A stretch of 64,000 bases of DNA from Escherichia coli. Lineage in GTDB: Bacteria; Pseudomonadota; Gammaproteobacteria; Enterobacterales; Enterobacteriaceae. Below the pieces are notes generated by a model. That model was given only the letters and a program-made list of their open reading frames with translations. It searched no databases and was not told the origin of the DNA. The DNA is taken from NCBI RefSeq assembly GCF_022846255.1, contig NZ_AP025682.1; one strand, written 5' to 3'. Positions 32,163-46,720 of the stretch are shown one piece after another (position 1 is the stretch's first letter; each line of letters begins with the position of its first letter). The translations under genes were made by a program, and so were the position numbers.

Positions 32163-33062
32163 ATGTCGCGAAAAGATGGGGTGTTGGCGCTACTGGTAGT
32201 GGTTGTATGGGGGCTAAATTTTGTGGTCATCAAAGTGGGGCTTCATAACATGCCACCGCTGATGCTGGCCGGTTTGCGCTTTATGCTGGTCGCTTTCCCG
32301 GCCATCTTTTTTGTCGCACGACCGAAAGTACCACTGAATTTGCTGCTGGGGTATGGATTAACCATCAGTTTTGCGCAGTTTGCCTTTCTGTTCTGCGCCA
32401 TTAACTTTGGTATGCCTGCTGGACTGGCTTCGCTGGTGTTACAGGCACAGGCGTTTTTTACTATCGTGCTTGGCGCGTTTACTTTCGGTGAGCGACTGCA
32501 TGGCAAACAATTGGCGGGGATCGCCTTAGCGATTTTTGGCGTACTGGTGTTAATCGAAGATAGTCTGAACGGTCAGCATGTGGCGATGCTCGGCTTTATG
32601 TTGACCCTGGCGGCAGCATTTAGTTGGGCGTGTGGCAACATCTTCAATAAAAAGATCATGTCGCACGCAACGCGTCCGGCGGTGATGTCGCTGGTAATCT
32701 GGAGCGCATTAATCCCAATCATTCCCTTCTTTGTTGCCTCGCTGATTCTCGATGGTTCCGCAACCATGATTCACAGTCTGGTTACTATCGATATGACCAC
32801 CATCTTGTCTCTGATGTATCTGGCATTTGTGGCGACAATCGTTGGTTATGGGATCTGGGGAACACTGCTTGGACGCTATGAAACCTGGCGGGTTGCACCG
32901 TTATCGTTACTGGTGCCTGTAGTTGGACTGGCAAGTGCGGCACTATTGTTGGATGAACGCTTAACGGGTCTGCAATTTTTCGGTGCGGTGCTCATTATGA
33001 CCGGGCTGTATATCAATGTATTTGGCTTGCGGTGGCGTAAAGCGGTAAAGGTCAGAGGCTAA
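32163..33062 (+). CDS. eamA: cysteine/O-acetylserine exporter EamA (YdeD), DMT superfamily
   Basis: 299 aa from MSRKDGVLALLVVVVWGLNFV; two EamA repeats. Confidence 0.9.
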   Translation: MSRKDGVLALLVVVVWGLNFVVIKVGLHNMPPLMLAGLRFMLVAFPAIFFVARPKVPLNLLLGYGLTISFAQFAFLFCAINFGMPAGLASLVLQAQAFFTIVLGAFTFGERLHGKQLAGIALAIFGVLVLIEDSLNGQHVAMLGFMLTLAAAFSWACGNIFNKKIMSHATRPAVMSLVIWSALIPIIPFFVASLILDGSATMIHSLVTIDMTTILSLMYLAFVATIVGYGIWGTLLGRYETWRVAPLSLLVPVVGLASAALLLDERLTGLQFFGAVLIMTGLYINVFGLRWRKAVKVRG

Positions 33063-33067
33063 ACCAT

Positions 33068-33110
33068 ACGCACAGAATGTGATGCCAGCACTCTGTGCGT
33101 CTGCTTTTAT
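33068..33110 (+). terminator. stem-loop terminator after eamA; left edge of accessory island
   Basis: 9-bp stem ACGCACAGA/TCTGTGCGT followed by CTGCTTTTAT. Confidence 0.55.
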
Positions 33111-33805
33111 CGCGGGAAAAAGTACTTTACCTGGAACTCGAAAATATTGCTGTAAAGTAACGAATAATCCAGCGGAATAGAGTTACTATCCACAGCCTGG
33201 GTCTGAATTTTAAGTATGGGATCCCGTGGGCTGATCCGTAAAATACTGGCGATTTCTGGGGTAGGAAAAGTCGGGGAGAAAGTTTCAAAGGTGCCAATGA
33301 TTTTGATCCCGCATTCGTTCTCAATATACGAAAATTTGGATTTTTGCATATGCGATACGGTTAAATCAGGAAAACGTGCCACTGACATCCACGTTTCTTC
33401 TAATTGTGCTGCATTATCCTCAATGAATCGCAGTCTCTTTATGTAATAAACCTGCTCACCAGTCACTAAATTCAGCTCAGTCGCAATAGTAGGAGAAGCA
33501 TCCTGCACTTCAAATTTCATAATCTGACTTCCTGCCTCTTTGCCGCTTTTATGTGCAATTTCACTGAAACTGTTCATGTGATCAATGTGTGCAACAAAAT
33601 TCTTTTTTTGAATGTATGTTCCTGAACCATGCTTTCTGTGAATAATTCCTTCGCCTTCCAGCAGGGATAATGCCTTACGCAGGGTATTACGCGAAACATT
33701 ATAACGAACAGCGAGTTCCGCTTCTGACGGCAACAAATCACCAACATGCCATGAATTGCCATTGATCTCGGATTTAAGTAAGCGGGCAATCTTTTGAAAA
33801 ATCAC
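33107..33805 (-). CDS. GntR/HutC-family transcriptional regulator (HTH plus UTRA effector domain)
   Basis: 232 aa, GTG start; N-terminus IFQKIARLLKSEINGNSWHVGDLLPSEAELAVRYNVSRNTLRKAL is a typical GntR HTH; divergent from PTS operon. Confidence 0.8.
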   Translation of the reverse strand: MIFQKIARLLKSEINGNSWHVGDLLPSEAELAVRYNVSRNTLRKALSLLEGEGIIHRKHGSGTYIQKKNFVAHIDHMNSFSEIAHKSGKEAGSQIMKFEVQDASPTIATELNLVTGEQVYYIKRLRFIEDNAAQLEETWMSVARFPDLTVSHMQKSKFSYIENECGIKIIGTFETFSPTFPTPEIASILRISPRDPILKIQTQAVDSNSIPLDYSLLYSNIFEFQVKYFFPR

Positions 33806-34003
33806 TTTTGCACCTTTTAAGAGCCATTGAAAACAAGGAGTTGAGACCTGATTAGTTTATCGTATGGCCGAGTCGTTTAATTATCACCCTGTTGTTGAAC
33901 AACTTTATTGCTGTATTACTGTGATCAATGTACCAGGACGTGTAGCTACTGTGGGATATGATATTTACACAATGTAGTCTGTTATATACCAGTAAGGAAA
34001 AAT

Positions 34004-34315
34004 ATGAAAAAGATATTGTTAGTTTGCGCTGCGGGCATGTCAACCAGTATGCTGGTTAAACGTATGATTGATCATGCTACCGCTATTTCACTTGAAGTTA
34101 ATATTTCCGCATTGGCGATTGCAGAGGCTAAAGGGAAAATTAAAAATAACGAAGTTGACGTTGTTTTACTTGGTCCGCAAGTTCGCTTTCAGAAACCAGA
34201 GATTGAAGCCGTTGCACAGGGGAAAATGCCTGTAGCCGTTATCGAGATGAAAGACTATGGCACAATGAACGGACAGGCAGTTCTTGAATTTGCGATGAAA
34301 CTACTGCAAGAGTAA
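34004..34315 (+). CDS. PTS EIIB, lactose/cellobiose family
   Basis: 103 aa, MKKILLVCAAGMSTSM with the phosphorylatable Cys; AAGGAAA Shine-Dalgarno. Confidence 0.85.
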   Translation: MKKILLVCAAGMSTSMLVKRMIDHATAISLEVNISALAIAEAKGKIKNNEVDVVLLGPQVRFQKPEIEAVAQGKMPVAVIEMKDYGTMNGQAVLEFAMKLLQE

Positions 34316-34429
34316 GAATCTAATATTATTAAACTATTACCTGAACTAACTTTTCACACATCATAAAATGGATATGGCATACATGCTTTATTGGGATGTA
34401 TAAATATCCAGGACAACAGGTATAAAAAA

Positions 34430-35752
34430 ATGGGATTAATGGCATCATTCGAACGTGGAATGGAACGTTTTCTTGTTCCAGTTGCTATCAAGTTAAACTC
34501 ACAAAAACATGTTGCAGCGGTGAGAGATGGATTCGTTTTTACGTTTCCAATTATCATGGCAAGCTCATTAATTATATTAATTAACTTTGCCATATTATCG
34601 CCCGACGGTTTTATTGCCGGATTACTGCATCTGAACAGCATTTTCCCCAACCTTGAAAAAGCACAAGCTATTTTTACTCCGGTAATGAATGGTTCTGTAA
34701 ATATCATGTCAATTATGATTGCTTTCCTGGTCGCCAGGAATGTGGCGATTAGCTATGAGCAAGATGATCTTTTATGCGGATTAACGGCAATAGGAGCATT
34801 TTTTATTGTTTATACCCCATACCAGATGATAGATGGGCAGGCATTCCTGACGACCAAATATCTCGGCGCGCAGGGGTTGTTTGTTGCTGTTATCGTTGCA
34901 TTGATCACCAGTGAAATATTTTGTCGCTTAGCTCGAAACCCCAAAATCACCATAACGATGCCGGCAGCTGTACCTCCTGCGGTAGCGCGTTCATTTAAAG
35001 TTTTATTGCCAATATTTTTTGTCATGGTGTTCTTTTCCGCACTTAATTATTGCCTGACATTGATATCCCCGGCAGGATTAAATGATCTCATTTACACATT
35101 AATCCAGACGCCGCTCAAACATATGGGAACGAATATCTTTGCGGTAATTATCCTGGGGGCTGTGGGTAATTTCCTCTGGGTGCTGGGGATCCACGGACCT
35201 AATACAACGTCGGCAATTCGAGAAACCGTTTTTTCTGAGGCTAATCTGGAGAATCTCTCCTGGGCCGCTCAACACGGCACTACCTGGGGCGCGCCATATC
35301 CGATTACCTGGACTTCTATTAATGATGCATTCGCCAACTGCGGCGGTTCAGGTATGACGTTGGGGTTATTGTTGGCTATTTTTATCGCTTCTAAGCGTGC
35401 GGAATACCGTGATCTGGCAAAAATGTCATTTATCCCCGGTATTTTCAATATCAATGAACCGATAATGTTCGGCCTTCCTATTGTACTTAACCCCATCATG
35501 ATGGTGCCGTTTATTATGGTTCCCATTGTTAACTGTGCCATTGGTTACTTCTTTGTTTCGATGGAAATTATTCCACCGGTTGCTTATGCCGTGCCCTGGA
35601 CTACGCCCGGACCTTTAATTGCTTTCCTCGGAACCGGGGGAAACTGGCTGGCATTACTGGTTGGTTTTTTATGTTTAGGTGTGGCGACAATGATCTATTT
35701 ACCTTTTGTTATCGCCGCCAACAAAGTCAATAACATGACAACTAACGGATAA
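34430..35752 (+). CDS. PTS EIIC permease, lactose/cellobiose family
   Basis: About 440 aa multi-TM ORF; start uncertain (ATG 34430 or 34439; track ORF begins at TTG 34391). Confidence 0.85.
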   Translation: MGLMASFERGMERFLVPVAIKLNSQKHVAAVRDGFVFTFPIIMASSLIILINFAILSPDGFIAGLLHLNSIFPNLEKAQAIFTPVMNGSVNIMSIMIAFLVARNVAISYEQDDLLCGLTAIGAFFIVYTPYQMIDGQAFLTTKYLGAQGLFVAVIVALITSEIFCRLARNPKITITMPAAVPPAVARSFKVLLPIFFVMVFFSALNYCLTLISPAGLNDLIYTLIQTPLKHMGTNIFAVIILGAVGNFLWVLGIHGPNTTSAIRETVFSEANLENLSWAAQHGTTWGAPYPITWTSINDAFANCGGSGMTLGLLLAIFIASKRAEYRDLAKMSFIPGIFNINEPIMFGLPIVLNPIMMVPFIMVPIVNCAIGYFFVSMEIIPPVAYAVPWTTPGPLIAFLGTGGNWLALLVGFLCLGVATMIYLPFVIAANKVNNMTTNG

Positions 35753-35779
35753 TTCCATTTACCCAGGAAGGAGATTGTG

Positions 35780-36091
35780 ATGTTTGCAGATGAAGAACTT
35801 GTTATGGAGTTACTGATCAACGCGGGACAGGCTCGTTCTGATGCGATGGAAGCCATACGTTGTGCCGGGCAAAAAGACTGGCAGGGCGCAACTAAACTAA
35901 TGGCCAGCTCTGAATCTGCCTGTCTTCAGGCGCATAAGATTCAGACCGCGTTAATTAGTCAGGATGAAGGCTGTGGCAAAATAGAAGTTAATTTAATTCT
36001 GATACATGCACAGGATCATTTGATGAATGCAATATTATGCCAGGATTTAGCCAGGGAAATTATTTCATTAAGAAAAGAGCTCCATGCCTGA
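35780..36091 (+). CDS. PTS EIIA, lactose/cellobiose family
   Basis: 103 aa, conserved His in HAQDHLM context; AGGAAGGAG Shine-Dalgarno 7 nt upstream of ATG. Confidence 0.85.
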   Translation: MFADEELVMELLINAGQARSDAMEAIRCAGQKDWQGATKLMASSESACLQAHKIQTALISQDEGCGKIEVNLILIHAQDHLMNAILCQDLAREIISLRKELHA

Positions 36092-36142
36092 TTTTTTCTC
36101 CAGTGCGATATCTGGAGGAAATTACTACACTCTTAAGGATAA

Positions 36143-39287
<3,145 letters not shown>

Positions 39288-39312
39288 GACTTCAGGAAGA
39301 TATTACGGAAAT

Positions 39313-39338
39313 GTCAGGCTCTGTGATCAGAGCCTGAC
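39313..39338 (-). terminator. stem-loop terminator of marRAB; right edge of accessory island
   Basis: 11-bp perfect stem GTCAGGCTCTG/CAGAGCCTGAC with 4-nt loop; U-rich on the minus-strand side. Confidence 0.6.
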
Positions 39339-39343
39339 AATAA

Positions 39344-39562
39344 CTACATAGCGTGTTGATTGTAATAGGGCACGCCGAGCGCATCCGACTTATCACTGCC
39401 AGTACCCATGTGATTTAAATCAAACGGTGGTTGTTCCTGCGATGTGGGAACAACCACGACATTGCCACAGGAAGTAACAACCGGCTGCGTGGTTTGTTCC
39501 GCAACGCCCTGCGCAGAAAAGAGAATAAGCGCAGTTGCTATTGCGGATAAAAGTGGTTTCAT
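39344..39562 (-). CDS. marB: periplasmic protein MarB
   Basis: 72 aa with signal peptide, recognised as MarB; downstream of marA. Confidence 0.9.
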   Translation of the reverse strand: MKPLLSAIATALILFSAQGVAEQTTQPVVTSCGNVVVVPTSQEQPPFDLNHMGTGSDKSDALGVPYYNQHAM

Positions 39563-39593
39563 GATTGCCTCAGTGACGTTGTCACGTTATCAA

Positions 39594-39977
39594 CTAGTTG
39601 TTGTAATGATTTAATGGATGTAAAAAACGCGATTCACCTTGCATATTGGTCATCCGGTATTTATGCGGCGGAACATCAAAGTAATTTTTGAAGGTTCGGG
39701 TCAGAGTTTGTTGGGACTCGAAGCCATATCGTTCTGCCAGATAGAGTATCGGCTCGTTACTTTCCTTCAGCTTTTGCGCGATTTCCGTCATCTTACGGCT
39801 ACGGATGTATTGACCTAATGAATGACCGGTTTCTTTTTTAAACATCCGTTGCAGGTGCCATTTGGAGTAACCCGAACGCTCTGACACTTTCTCCAGTGAC
39901 AGTGGCGATTCCAGGTTGTCCTCGATCCAGTCCAAAATGCTATGAATGGTAATAGCGTCAGTATTGCGTCTGGACAT
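39594..39977 (-). CDS. marA: AraC/XylS-family multiple antibiotic resistance activator MarA
   Basis: 127 aa from [31 protein letters not shown]; track ORF has two extra N-terminal codons. Confidence 0.93.
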
Positions 39978-39997
39978 CGTCATACCTCTTTTTTCGT

Positions 39998-40432
39998 TTA
40001 CGGCAGGACTTTCTTAAGCAAATGCTCAAGTGTTGCCACTTCGTCCGCCGTCAGGTTTTTTGTTAATTCTTGATGCAGGTCCTGGCCAACTAATTGATGG
40101 CATTGTTCACATATTGCCGCGCCGCTGGTGGTAAGTTTTACCAGTACGCCGCGCTTATCATTCGGGTTCGGCAACCTTTCCACCCAGCCTTTACAGACCA
40201 GGCGATCCAGCATACGGGTCAGTGCCCCCAGGTCGACCGACAACACTTTTTTCAGTTCAACCGGAGTAATACACGCCGCGCAGCGGATAGAGCAGAGCAC
40301 CTTAAACTGTGCCGCGGTAATATCCAGCGGAGACAGATACTCGTTAAGCAGGCGATCTTTCTTCTGATTAACCATATGGATTAAGCGACCCAATGGAATA
40401 ATTTCATTGAACAGATCGCTGGTACTTTTCAC
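39998..40432 (-). CDS. marR: MarR repressor
   Basis: 144 aa, GTG start, winged-helix MarR family; sequence recognised. Confidence 0.93.
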
Positions 40433-40437
40433 ATTAG

Positions 40438-40484
40438 TTGCCCTGGCAAGTAATTAGTTGCAGGGGATAATATTGCCCAGGCAA
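40438..40484 (-). promoter_or_regulatory. marO: MarR operator sites II (40438-40449) and I (40473-40484) with -10 TATTAT and -35 TTGACT of the marRAB promoter
   Basis: Palindromes TTGCCCTGGCAA and TTGCCCAGGCAA; site I sits in the 17-nt spacer between -35 (40490-40495) and -10 (40467-40472), site II between promoter and the GTG start. Confidence 0.7.
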
Positions 40485-40510
40485 GTATAAGTCAAATGAA
40501 TGAATTGACC

Positions 40511-40530
40511 GATGCCACGTTTTGCTAAAT
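40511..40530 (-). promoter_or_regulatory. marbox (MarA/SoxS/Rob binding site) upstream of marRAB promoter
   Basis: Minus-strand ATTTAGCAAAACGTGGCATC matches the mar promoter marbox from memory. Confidence 0.65.
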
Positions 40531-40643
40531 CGGTTCAAGTTTTGGTCAATGCGATGCAAGGTTAGCTAAAGAGTGACACTTTATCCTTGTTTACCCCTTA
40601 TACTTTTCGCTGATAAACCAGATACACAGGATAACAACCACCA

Positions 40644-41309
40644 ATGTTAGATTTGTTTAAAGCAATAGGCCTGGGGCTGGTGGTGTTACTGCCGTTAGCT
40701 AACCCATTAACAACTGTCGCGTTATTTCTTGGCCTGGCAGGCAACATGAACAGTGCCGAACGTAATCGTCAGTCGTTGATGGCCTCGGTGTACGTATTTG
40801 CCATCATGATGGTGGCGTATTACGCCGGGCAACTGGTGATGGATACATTTGGCATTTCGATTCCCGGTCTGCGAATTGCAGGCGGCTTAATCGTCGCGTT
40901 TATCGGTTTTCGGATGCTCTTTCCGCAACAGAAAGCGATTGATTCACCGGAAGCGAAAAGCAAGTCGGAAGAGCTGGAAGATGAACCCAGTGCCAATATT
41001 GCTTTTGTACCACTGGCAATGCCAAGTACCGCCGGTCCGGGAACCATTGCGATGATTATTAGCTCGGCCTCCACAGTGCGTCAGAGTTCAACCTTCGCTG
41101 ATTGGGTACTGATGGTTGCGCCGCCGCTGATCTTTTTCCTGGTGGCGGTTATTTTGTGGGGAAGTCTACGCAGCTCTGGCGCAATTATGCGGCTGGTGGG
41201 CAAGGGGGGTATTGAAGCGATCTCCCGTCTGATGGGATTCCTGCTGGTATGTATGGGCGTGCAGTTTATTATTAACGGCATCCTGGAAATCATTAAAACG
41301 TATCATTAA
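40644..41309 (+). CDS. marC: inner membrane protein MarC (UPF0056)
   Basis: 221 aa multi-TM, divergent from marRAB. Confidence 0.9.
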   Translation: MLDLFKAIGLGLVVLLPLANPLTTVALFLGLAGNMNSAERNRQSLMASVYVFAIMMVAYYAGQLVMDTFGISIPGLRIAGGLIVAFIGFRMLFPQQKAIDSPEAKSKSEELEDEPSANIAFVPLAMPSTAGPGTIAMIISSASTVRQSSTFADWVLMVAPPLIFFLVAVILWGSLRSSGAIMRLVGKGGIEAISRLMGFLLVCMGVQFIINGILEIIKTYH

Positions 41310-41333
41310 AAAAGGCCCGAATGGGCCTTTCAA

Positions 41334-42524
41334 CTATTGCGTCTGTTCTTCGAGTGTCACTGGCCAGCGGCGAAAAATGATGATTGACCATATTAACGCA
41401 GCAAAAGCAGGCACCGCGCCCACATAACCAATCATCGACATTGACCAGTGCAGACTCACCTGATTACCTACCAACGCACCCGCGCCGATTCCAATATTAA
41501 ATATCCCGGAGAATAGCGCCATCGCGACGTCGGTGGCATCTGGTGCCAGCGCCAGCACTTTAACCTGCATACCAAGCCCGATGATCATCATCGCGATCCC
41601 CCAGAAAATACTCAGCACCCCGAGGTGTATTTCACTGTTCGCCGCAGGTAGCAGCAGTGCCAGGCACACCAGCAATAGCGCAATCGCTGTACTCACCAAC
41701 GCAGACGCATACTGATTACCCAGTTTACCGAAAATCACGCTGCCAATAATGCCCGCACCACCGAGTAATAACAGTAATGCCGTGGCAAAGTTGGCGCTGA
41801 ATCCCGCAATGTTTTGTACAAAAGGCTCGATATAGCTGTATGTCGTGTAATGGGCGGTGACAACCACCACAGTTAACAAATAAATGCTCATCAATGCCGG
41901 GCGGCGGAACAATAGCGGGAGGCTTTTCAATGAACCGGAATGCTCACTGGGCAGCAAGGGAAGTAACTTAATCAGGCACAAAAGGGTAATAAGCGCCCCG
42001 ATACCAATCGCGAAGAAGGTCATTCGCCAGCCAAAATACTGCCCCACAATGCGCCCGAGAGGTAAACCTAATACCATTGCCAGTGCTGTACCGGTGGCAA
42101 TTAAACTCAATGCCTGTGCTCGCTTCCCGGCCGGAGCCATACGGATCGCCAGAGACGCCGTAATCGACCAGAAAATCGCATGTGCAAAAGCCACACCAAT
42201 GCGACTGATCACCAGAACGGTAAAACTCCACGATAAAAACGACAGTACGTGGCTGGCAATAAACACCACAAACAGGCAGATCAGTAATTTGCGGCGTTCA
42301 ACCTGGCTGGTCATTAACATAAACGGCAATGACATTAGCGCCACTACCCATGCATAAATTGTCAACATGATGCCGACCTGAGCGGTTTGCATGTGAAAAC
42401 TATGCGCAATGTCAGAGAGCAGGCCAACAGGGACAAATTCGGTGGTATTGAAGATAAAGGCGGCGACTGCCAGCGTAACGACCCGTAGCCACGCTACTTT
42501 GCGGGAAACAGTGTTTGTTGTCAT
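41334..42524 (-). CDS. sotB: MFS sugar efflux transporter SotB (YdeA)
   Basis: 396 aa, 12-TM MFS. Confidence 0.88.
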   Translation of the reverse strand: MTTNTVSRKVAWLRVVTLAVAAFIFNTTEFVPVGLLSDIAHSFHMQTAQVGIMLTIYAWVVALMSLPFMLMTSQVERRKLLICLFVVFIASHVLSFLSWSFTVLVISRIGVAFAHAIFWSITASLAIRMAPAGKRAQALSLIATGTALAMVLGLPLGRIVGQYFGWRMTFFAIGIGALITLLCLIKLLPLLPSEHSGSLKSLPLLFRRPALMSIYLLTVVVVTAHYTTYSYIEPFVQNIAGFSANFATALLLLLGGAGIIGSVIFGKLGNQYASALVSTAIALLLVCLALLLPAANSEIHLGVLSIFWGIAMMIIGLGMQVKVLALAPDATDVAMALFSGIFNIGIGAGALVGNQVSLHWSMSMIGYVGAVPAFAALIWSIIIFRRWPVTLEEQTQ

Positions 42525-42862
42525 AACAGATTATCGGGTGAGTTGCGAAAAAGTGATGAAATGATCTTAAAACGGTTAATGATGTGAATACAATGCATTT
42601 GTGATCTGGATCGCATTTCCATCTCTCTGACGGTTGTTCTGTCACGCATCAGAGAGTTGTTAACATCACATTTTAATGACGATCAGGAAGGGGGCCTGTT
42701 CTTCTTTTACTTGAGGTGCAATATTACGAACGGGAAAATCATCAGGAAGAGATATGTAATTGCTGATGCTTACTGGCGTAACCATATTTGCCCCATATAG
42801 TCATAAGTCATCGGAACATCACTATATAGAGCATATTAGCCGTATGAACTATCAAAAATAGC

Positions 42863-43744
42863 TCATTGGTAACCCTGTTTTGCCGAGTCAGGCGCATCCA
42901 GCAGTTGAATAAATGCCTCAAGCGGACGCGTTTTCGCACCACGACGCCAGACCAGCCAGGTTGTTAACCAACGCCATTGCTCAGCTAACGGCCACGCTTC
43001 AACCTGGTGATGCCCCGGCATACTTTCCAGCATTGAGCGTGGAATAAGCGCAATGCCTGCTCCTGCGACCACACAGGCCAACATCCCGTGATAAGACTCC
43101 ATCTCGTGAATAGTTCCCGGAGCGGCACCGTCAGCATGAAACCAGCTTTCGAAGTGGCGACGATACGAACAATTGGCGCGGAAGGCATAAATGTTACTGC
43201 CATTCACCTGACTGGCACGGGTTACTGGCGCATGTCCTTGTGGCGTGACGATCATCAGTTCCTCGCGGTATACCGGTATCCCGTCAATGGCAGTATGGTT
43301 AATGGGCCCATCAATAAATGCCGCATTCAGTTTTCCCTCCAGCACACCTTCCAGCATAGTGCCGGAAGGGCCGGTGGAAAGTGAAAACTGAATTTTGGGA
43401 TAACGACGGTTAAATTCCGCCAGCGTGGCCGGAATGCGCACTGCAGCGGTGCTTTCCAGCGATCCCAGAGAAAATAAACCTTGCGGCTCATCGCCAGCGA
43501 CAACGCTCCGCGCTTCATCCACTAACGTGAGAATTTGTTGGCTATAGCGTAAAAAGTTATGCCCGGCAGGCGAGAGACGTAAACGCTGATTCTCGCGAAT
43601 AAACAGATCAACCCCTAGTTCTGTTTCCAGCTGACGTAGACGGGTAGTGAGATTCGACGGCACGCGATGCACTTTTGCTGCAGCCTGGGTAATGCTGCCA
43701 GCTTCGGCAACCGCGTTGAACATCTCCAGTTGGGTCAGATCCAT
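42863..43744 (-). CDS. yneJ: LysR-family regulator YneJ
   Basis: 293 aa, N-terminal HTH; divergent from sad. Confidence 0.85.
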   Translation of the reverse strand: MDLTQLEMFNAVAEAGSITQAAAKVHRVPSNLTTRLRQLETELGVDLFIRENQRLRLSPAGHNFLRYSQQILTLVDEARSVVAGDEPQGLFSLGSLESTAAVRIPATLAEFNRRYPKIQFSLSTGPSGTMLEGVLEGKLNAAFIDGPINHTAIDGIPVYREELMIVTPQGHAPVTRASQVNGSNIYAFRANCSYRRHFESWFHADGAAPGTIHEMESYHGMLACVVAGAGIALIPRSMLESMPGHHQVEAWPLAEQWRWLTTWLVWRRGAKTRPLEAFIQLLDAPDSAKQGYQ

Positions 43745-43844
43745 AACATTCTCGATTCGTGAATAAGTGGCTTAATATTATTCATTTTAAAGCAAGAGTA
43801 AATCTGCGTATCTTCATACCATGACTCATAAAGGAGATACCCCG

Positions 43845-45233
43845 ATGACCATTACTCCGGCAACTCATGCAATTTCGATAAATCCTGCCACCGGTGAACA
43901 ACTTTCTGTGCTGCCGTGGGCTGATGTTGACGATATCGAAAACGCGCTTCAGCTGGCGGCAGCAGGCTTTCGCGACTGGCGCGAGACAAATATAGATTAT
44001 CGTGCTGAAAAACTGCGTGATATCGGTAAGGCTCTGCGCGCCCGTAGCGAAGAAATGGCGCAAATGATCACCCGTGAAATGGGCAAACCAATCAACCAGG
44101 CGCGCGCTGAAGTGGCGAAATCGGCGAATTTGTGTGACTGGTATGCAGAACATGGTCCGGCAATGCTGAAGGCAGAACCTACGCTGGTGGAAAATCAGCA
44201 GGCGGTTATTGAGTATCGACCGTTGGGGACGATTCTGGCGATTATGCCGTGGAATTTTCCGTTATGGCAGGTGATGCGTGGCGCTGTTCCCATCATTCTT
44301 GCTGGTAACGGCTACTTACTTAAACATGCGCCGAATGTGATGGGCTGTGCACAGCTCATTGCCCAGGTGTTTAAAGATGCGGGTATCCCACAAGGCGTAT
44401 ATGGCTGGCTGAATGCCGACAACGACGGTGTCAGTCAGATGATTAAAGACTCGCGCATTGCTGCTGTCACAGTGACCGGAAGTGTTCGTGCTGGAGCGGC
44501 TATTGGCGCACAGGCTGGAGCGGCACTGAAAAAATGCGTACTGGAACTGGGTGGTTCGGATCCGTTTATTGTGCTTAACGATGCCGATCTGGAACTGGCG
44601 GTGAAAGCGGCGGTAGCCGGACGTTATCAGAATACCGGACAGGTTTGTGCAGCGGCAAAACGCTTTATCATCGAAGAGGGAATTGCTTCGGCATTTACCG
44701 AACGTTTTGTGGCAGCTGCGGCAGCCTTGAAAATGGGCGATCCCCGTGATGAAGAGAACGCTCTCGGACCAATGGCTCGTTTTGATTTACGTGATGAGCT
44801 GCATCATCAGGTGGAAAAAACACTGGCGCAGGGTGCGCGTTTGTTACTGGGAGGGGAAAAGATTGCTGGGGCAGGTAACTACTATCCGCCAACGGTTCTG
44901 GCGAATGTTACCCCAGAAATGACCGCGTTTCGGGAAGAAATGTTTGGCCCCGTTGCGGCAATCACCATTGCGAAAGATGCAGAACATGCGCTGGAACTGG
45001 CTAATGATAGTGAGTTCGGCCTTTCAGCGACCATTTTCACCACCGACGAAACACAGGCCAGACAGATGGCGGCACGTCTGGAATGCGGTGGGGTGTTTAT
45101 CAATGGTTATTGTGCCAGCGATGCGCGAGTCGCCTTTGGTGGCGTTAAGAAGAGTGGCTTTGGTCGTGAGCTTTCCCATTTCGGCTTACACGAATTCTGT
45201 AATATCCAGACGGTGTGGAAAGACCGGATCTGA
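43845..45233 (+). CDS. sad: NAD-dependent succinate-semialdehyde dehydrogenase Sad (YneI)
   Basis: 462 aa from [10 protein letters not shown] with AAGGAG Shine-Dalgarno; aldehyde dehydrogenase catalytic Cys/Glu motifs. Confidence 0.9.
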   Translation: MTITPATHAISINPATGEQLSVLPWADVDDIENALQLAAAGFRDWRETNIDYRAEKLRDIGKALRARSEEMAQMITREMGKPINQARAEVAKSANLCDWYAEHGPAMLKAEPTLVENQQAVIEYRPLGTILAIMPWNFPLWQVMRGAVPIILAGNGYLLKHAPNVMGCAQLIAQVFKDAGIPQGVYGWLNADNDGVSQMIKDSRIAAVTVTGSVRAGAAIGAQAGAALKKCVLELGGSDPFIVLNDADLELAVKAAVAGRYQNTGQVCAAAKRFIIEEGIASAFTERFVAAAAALKMGDPRDEENALGPMARFDLRDELHHQVEKTLAQGARLLLGGEKIAGAGNYYPPTVLANVTPEMTAFREEMFGPVAAITIAKDAEHALELANDSEFGLSATIFTTDETQARQMAARLECGGVFINGYCASDARVAFGGVKKSGFGRELSHFGLHEFCNIQTVWKDRI

Positions 45234-45296
45234 CGCTACATATTCAGCTCTGATATACTCGCAGGTCTTTTCAGACCTGCGGTCCAGGAGTAGAAA

Positions 45297-46223
45297 GTGG
45301 CAGTCGCCATGGATAATGCAATTTTAGAAAACATCTTGCGGCAAGTGCGGCCGCTCATTGGTCAGGGTAAAGTCGCGGATTATATTCCGGCGCTGGCTAC
45401 GGTAGACGGTTCCCGATTGGGGATTGCTATCTGTACCGTTGACGGACAGCTTTTTCAGGCCGGAGACGCGCAAGAACGCTTTTCCATTCAGTCTATTTCC
45501 AAAGTGCTGAGTCTCGTTGTCGCCATGCGTCATTACTCCGAAGAGGAAATCTGGCAACGCGTCGGCAAAGATCCGTCTGGATCACCGTTCAATTCTTTAG
45601 TGCAACTGGAAATGGAGCAGGGTATTCCGCGTAATCCGTTTATTAATGCCGGTGCGCTGGTGGTCTGCGATATGTTGCAAGGGCGATTAAGCGCTCCTCG
45701 GCAACGTATGCTGGAAGTCGTGCGCGGCTTAAGTGGTGTGTCTGATATTTCCTACGATACGGTGGTAGCGCGTTCCGAATTTGAACATTCCGCGCGAAAT
45801 GCGGCTATCGCCTGGCTGATGAAGTCGTTTGGCAATTTCCATCATGACGTGACAACCGTTCTGCAAAACTACTTTCATTACTGCGCTCTGAAAATGAGCT
45901 GTGTAGAGCTGGCCCGGACGTTTGTCTTTCTGGCGAATCAGGGGAAAGCTATTCATATTGATGAACCTGTGGTGACGCCAATGCAGGCGCGGCAAATTAA
46001 CGCGCTGATGGCGACCAGCGGTATGTACCAGAACGCGGGGGAGTTTGCCTGGCGGGTGGGACTACCGGCAAAATCTGGCGTTGGTGGCGGTATTGTGGCG
46101 ATTGTTCCGCATGAAATGGCCATCGCAGTCTGGAGTCCGGAACTGGATGATGCCGGTAACTCGCTTGCGGGCATTGCAGTCCTTGAACAATTGACGAAAC
46201 AATTAGGGCGTTCAGTTTATTAA
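45297..46223 (+). CDS. glsB: glutaminase 2 GlsB (YneH)
   Basis: 308 aa, serine-dependent glutaminase family, GTG start. Confidence 0.9.
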   Translation: MAVAMDNAILENILRQVRPLIGQGKVADYIPALATVDGSRLGIAICTVDGQLFQAGDAQERFSIQSISKVLSLVVAMRHYSEEEIWQRVGKDPSGSPFNSLVQLEMEQGIPRNPFINAGALVVCDMLQGRLSAPRQRMLEVVRGLSGVSDISYDTVVARSEFEHSARNAAIAWLMKSFGNFHHDVTTVLQNYFHYCALKMSCVELARTFVFLANQGKAIHIDEPVVTPMQARQINALMATSGMYQNAGEFAWRVGLPAKSGVGGGIVAIVPHEMAIAVWSPELDDAGNSLAGIAVLEQLTKQLGRSVY

Positions 46224-46582
46224 TGCAGTCTCTCGATCCACTCTTCGCGCGTTTATCCCGTTCAAAATTTCGCTCTCGCTTTCGTTTGGGTGTGAAAGAG
46301 CGTCAGTATTGTCTGGAGAAAGGCGCGCCAGTCATTGAACAACATGCGGCGGATTTTGTCGCTAAACGTCTTGCTCCGGCATTACCGGCTAACGACGGTA
46401 AGCAAACCCCCATGCGCGGGCATCCGGTTTTTATCGCTCAACACGCCACCGCGACCTGTTGTCGCGGTTGTCTGGCTAAGTGGCATAACATTCCTCAGGG
46501 GGAAGCGTTAAGTGAGGAGCAACAACGTTATATTGTGACGGTAATCTACCACTGGCTGGTTATACAGATGAATCAGCCATGA
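46223..46582 (+). CDS. yneG: DUF4186 protein YneG
   Basis: 119 aa ORF overlapping the glsB stop by 1 nt. Confidence 0.8.
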   Translation: MQSLDPLFARLSRSKFRSRFRLGVKERQYCLEKGAPVIEQHAADFVAKRLAPALPANDGKQTPMRGHPVFIAQHATATCCRGCLAKWHNIPQGEALSEEQQRYIVTVIYHWLVIQMNQP

Positions 46583-46720
46583 TAATTACGGAAATCGATA
46601 AAATGGCATTCATTAGGTATCTTTAGTTGCCGCCGTTGTCAGCGAACATGCTATCCTTTCTAAGAATTTACTTATTGCGTTGAGATAATTGCCACCCGCA
46701 ATTGTATGGACAGATAATTA

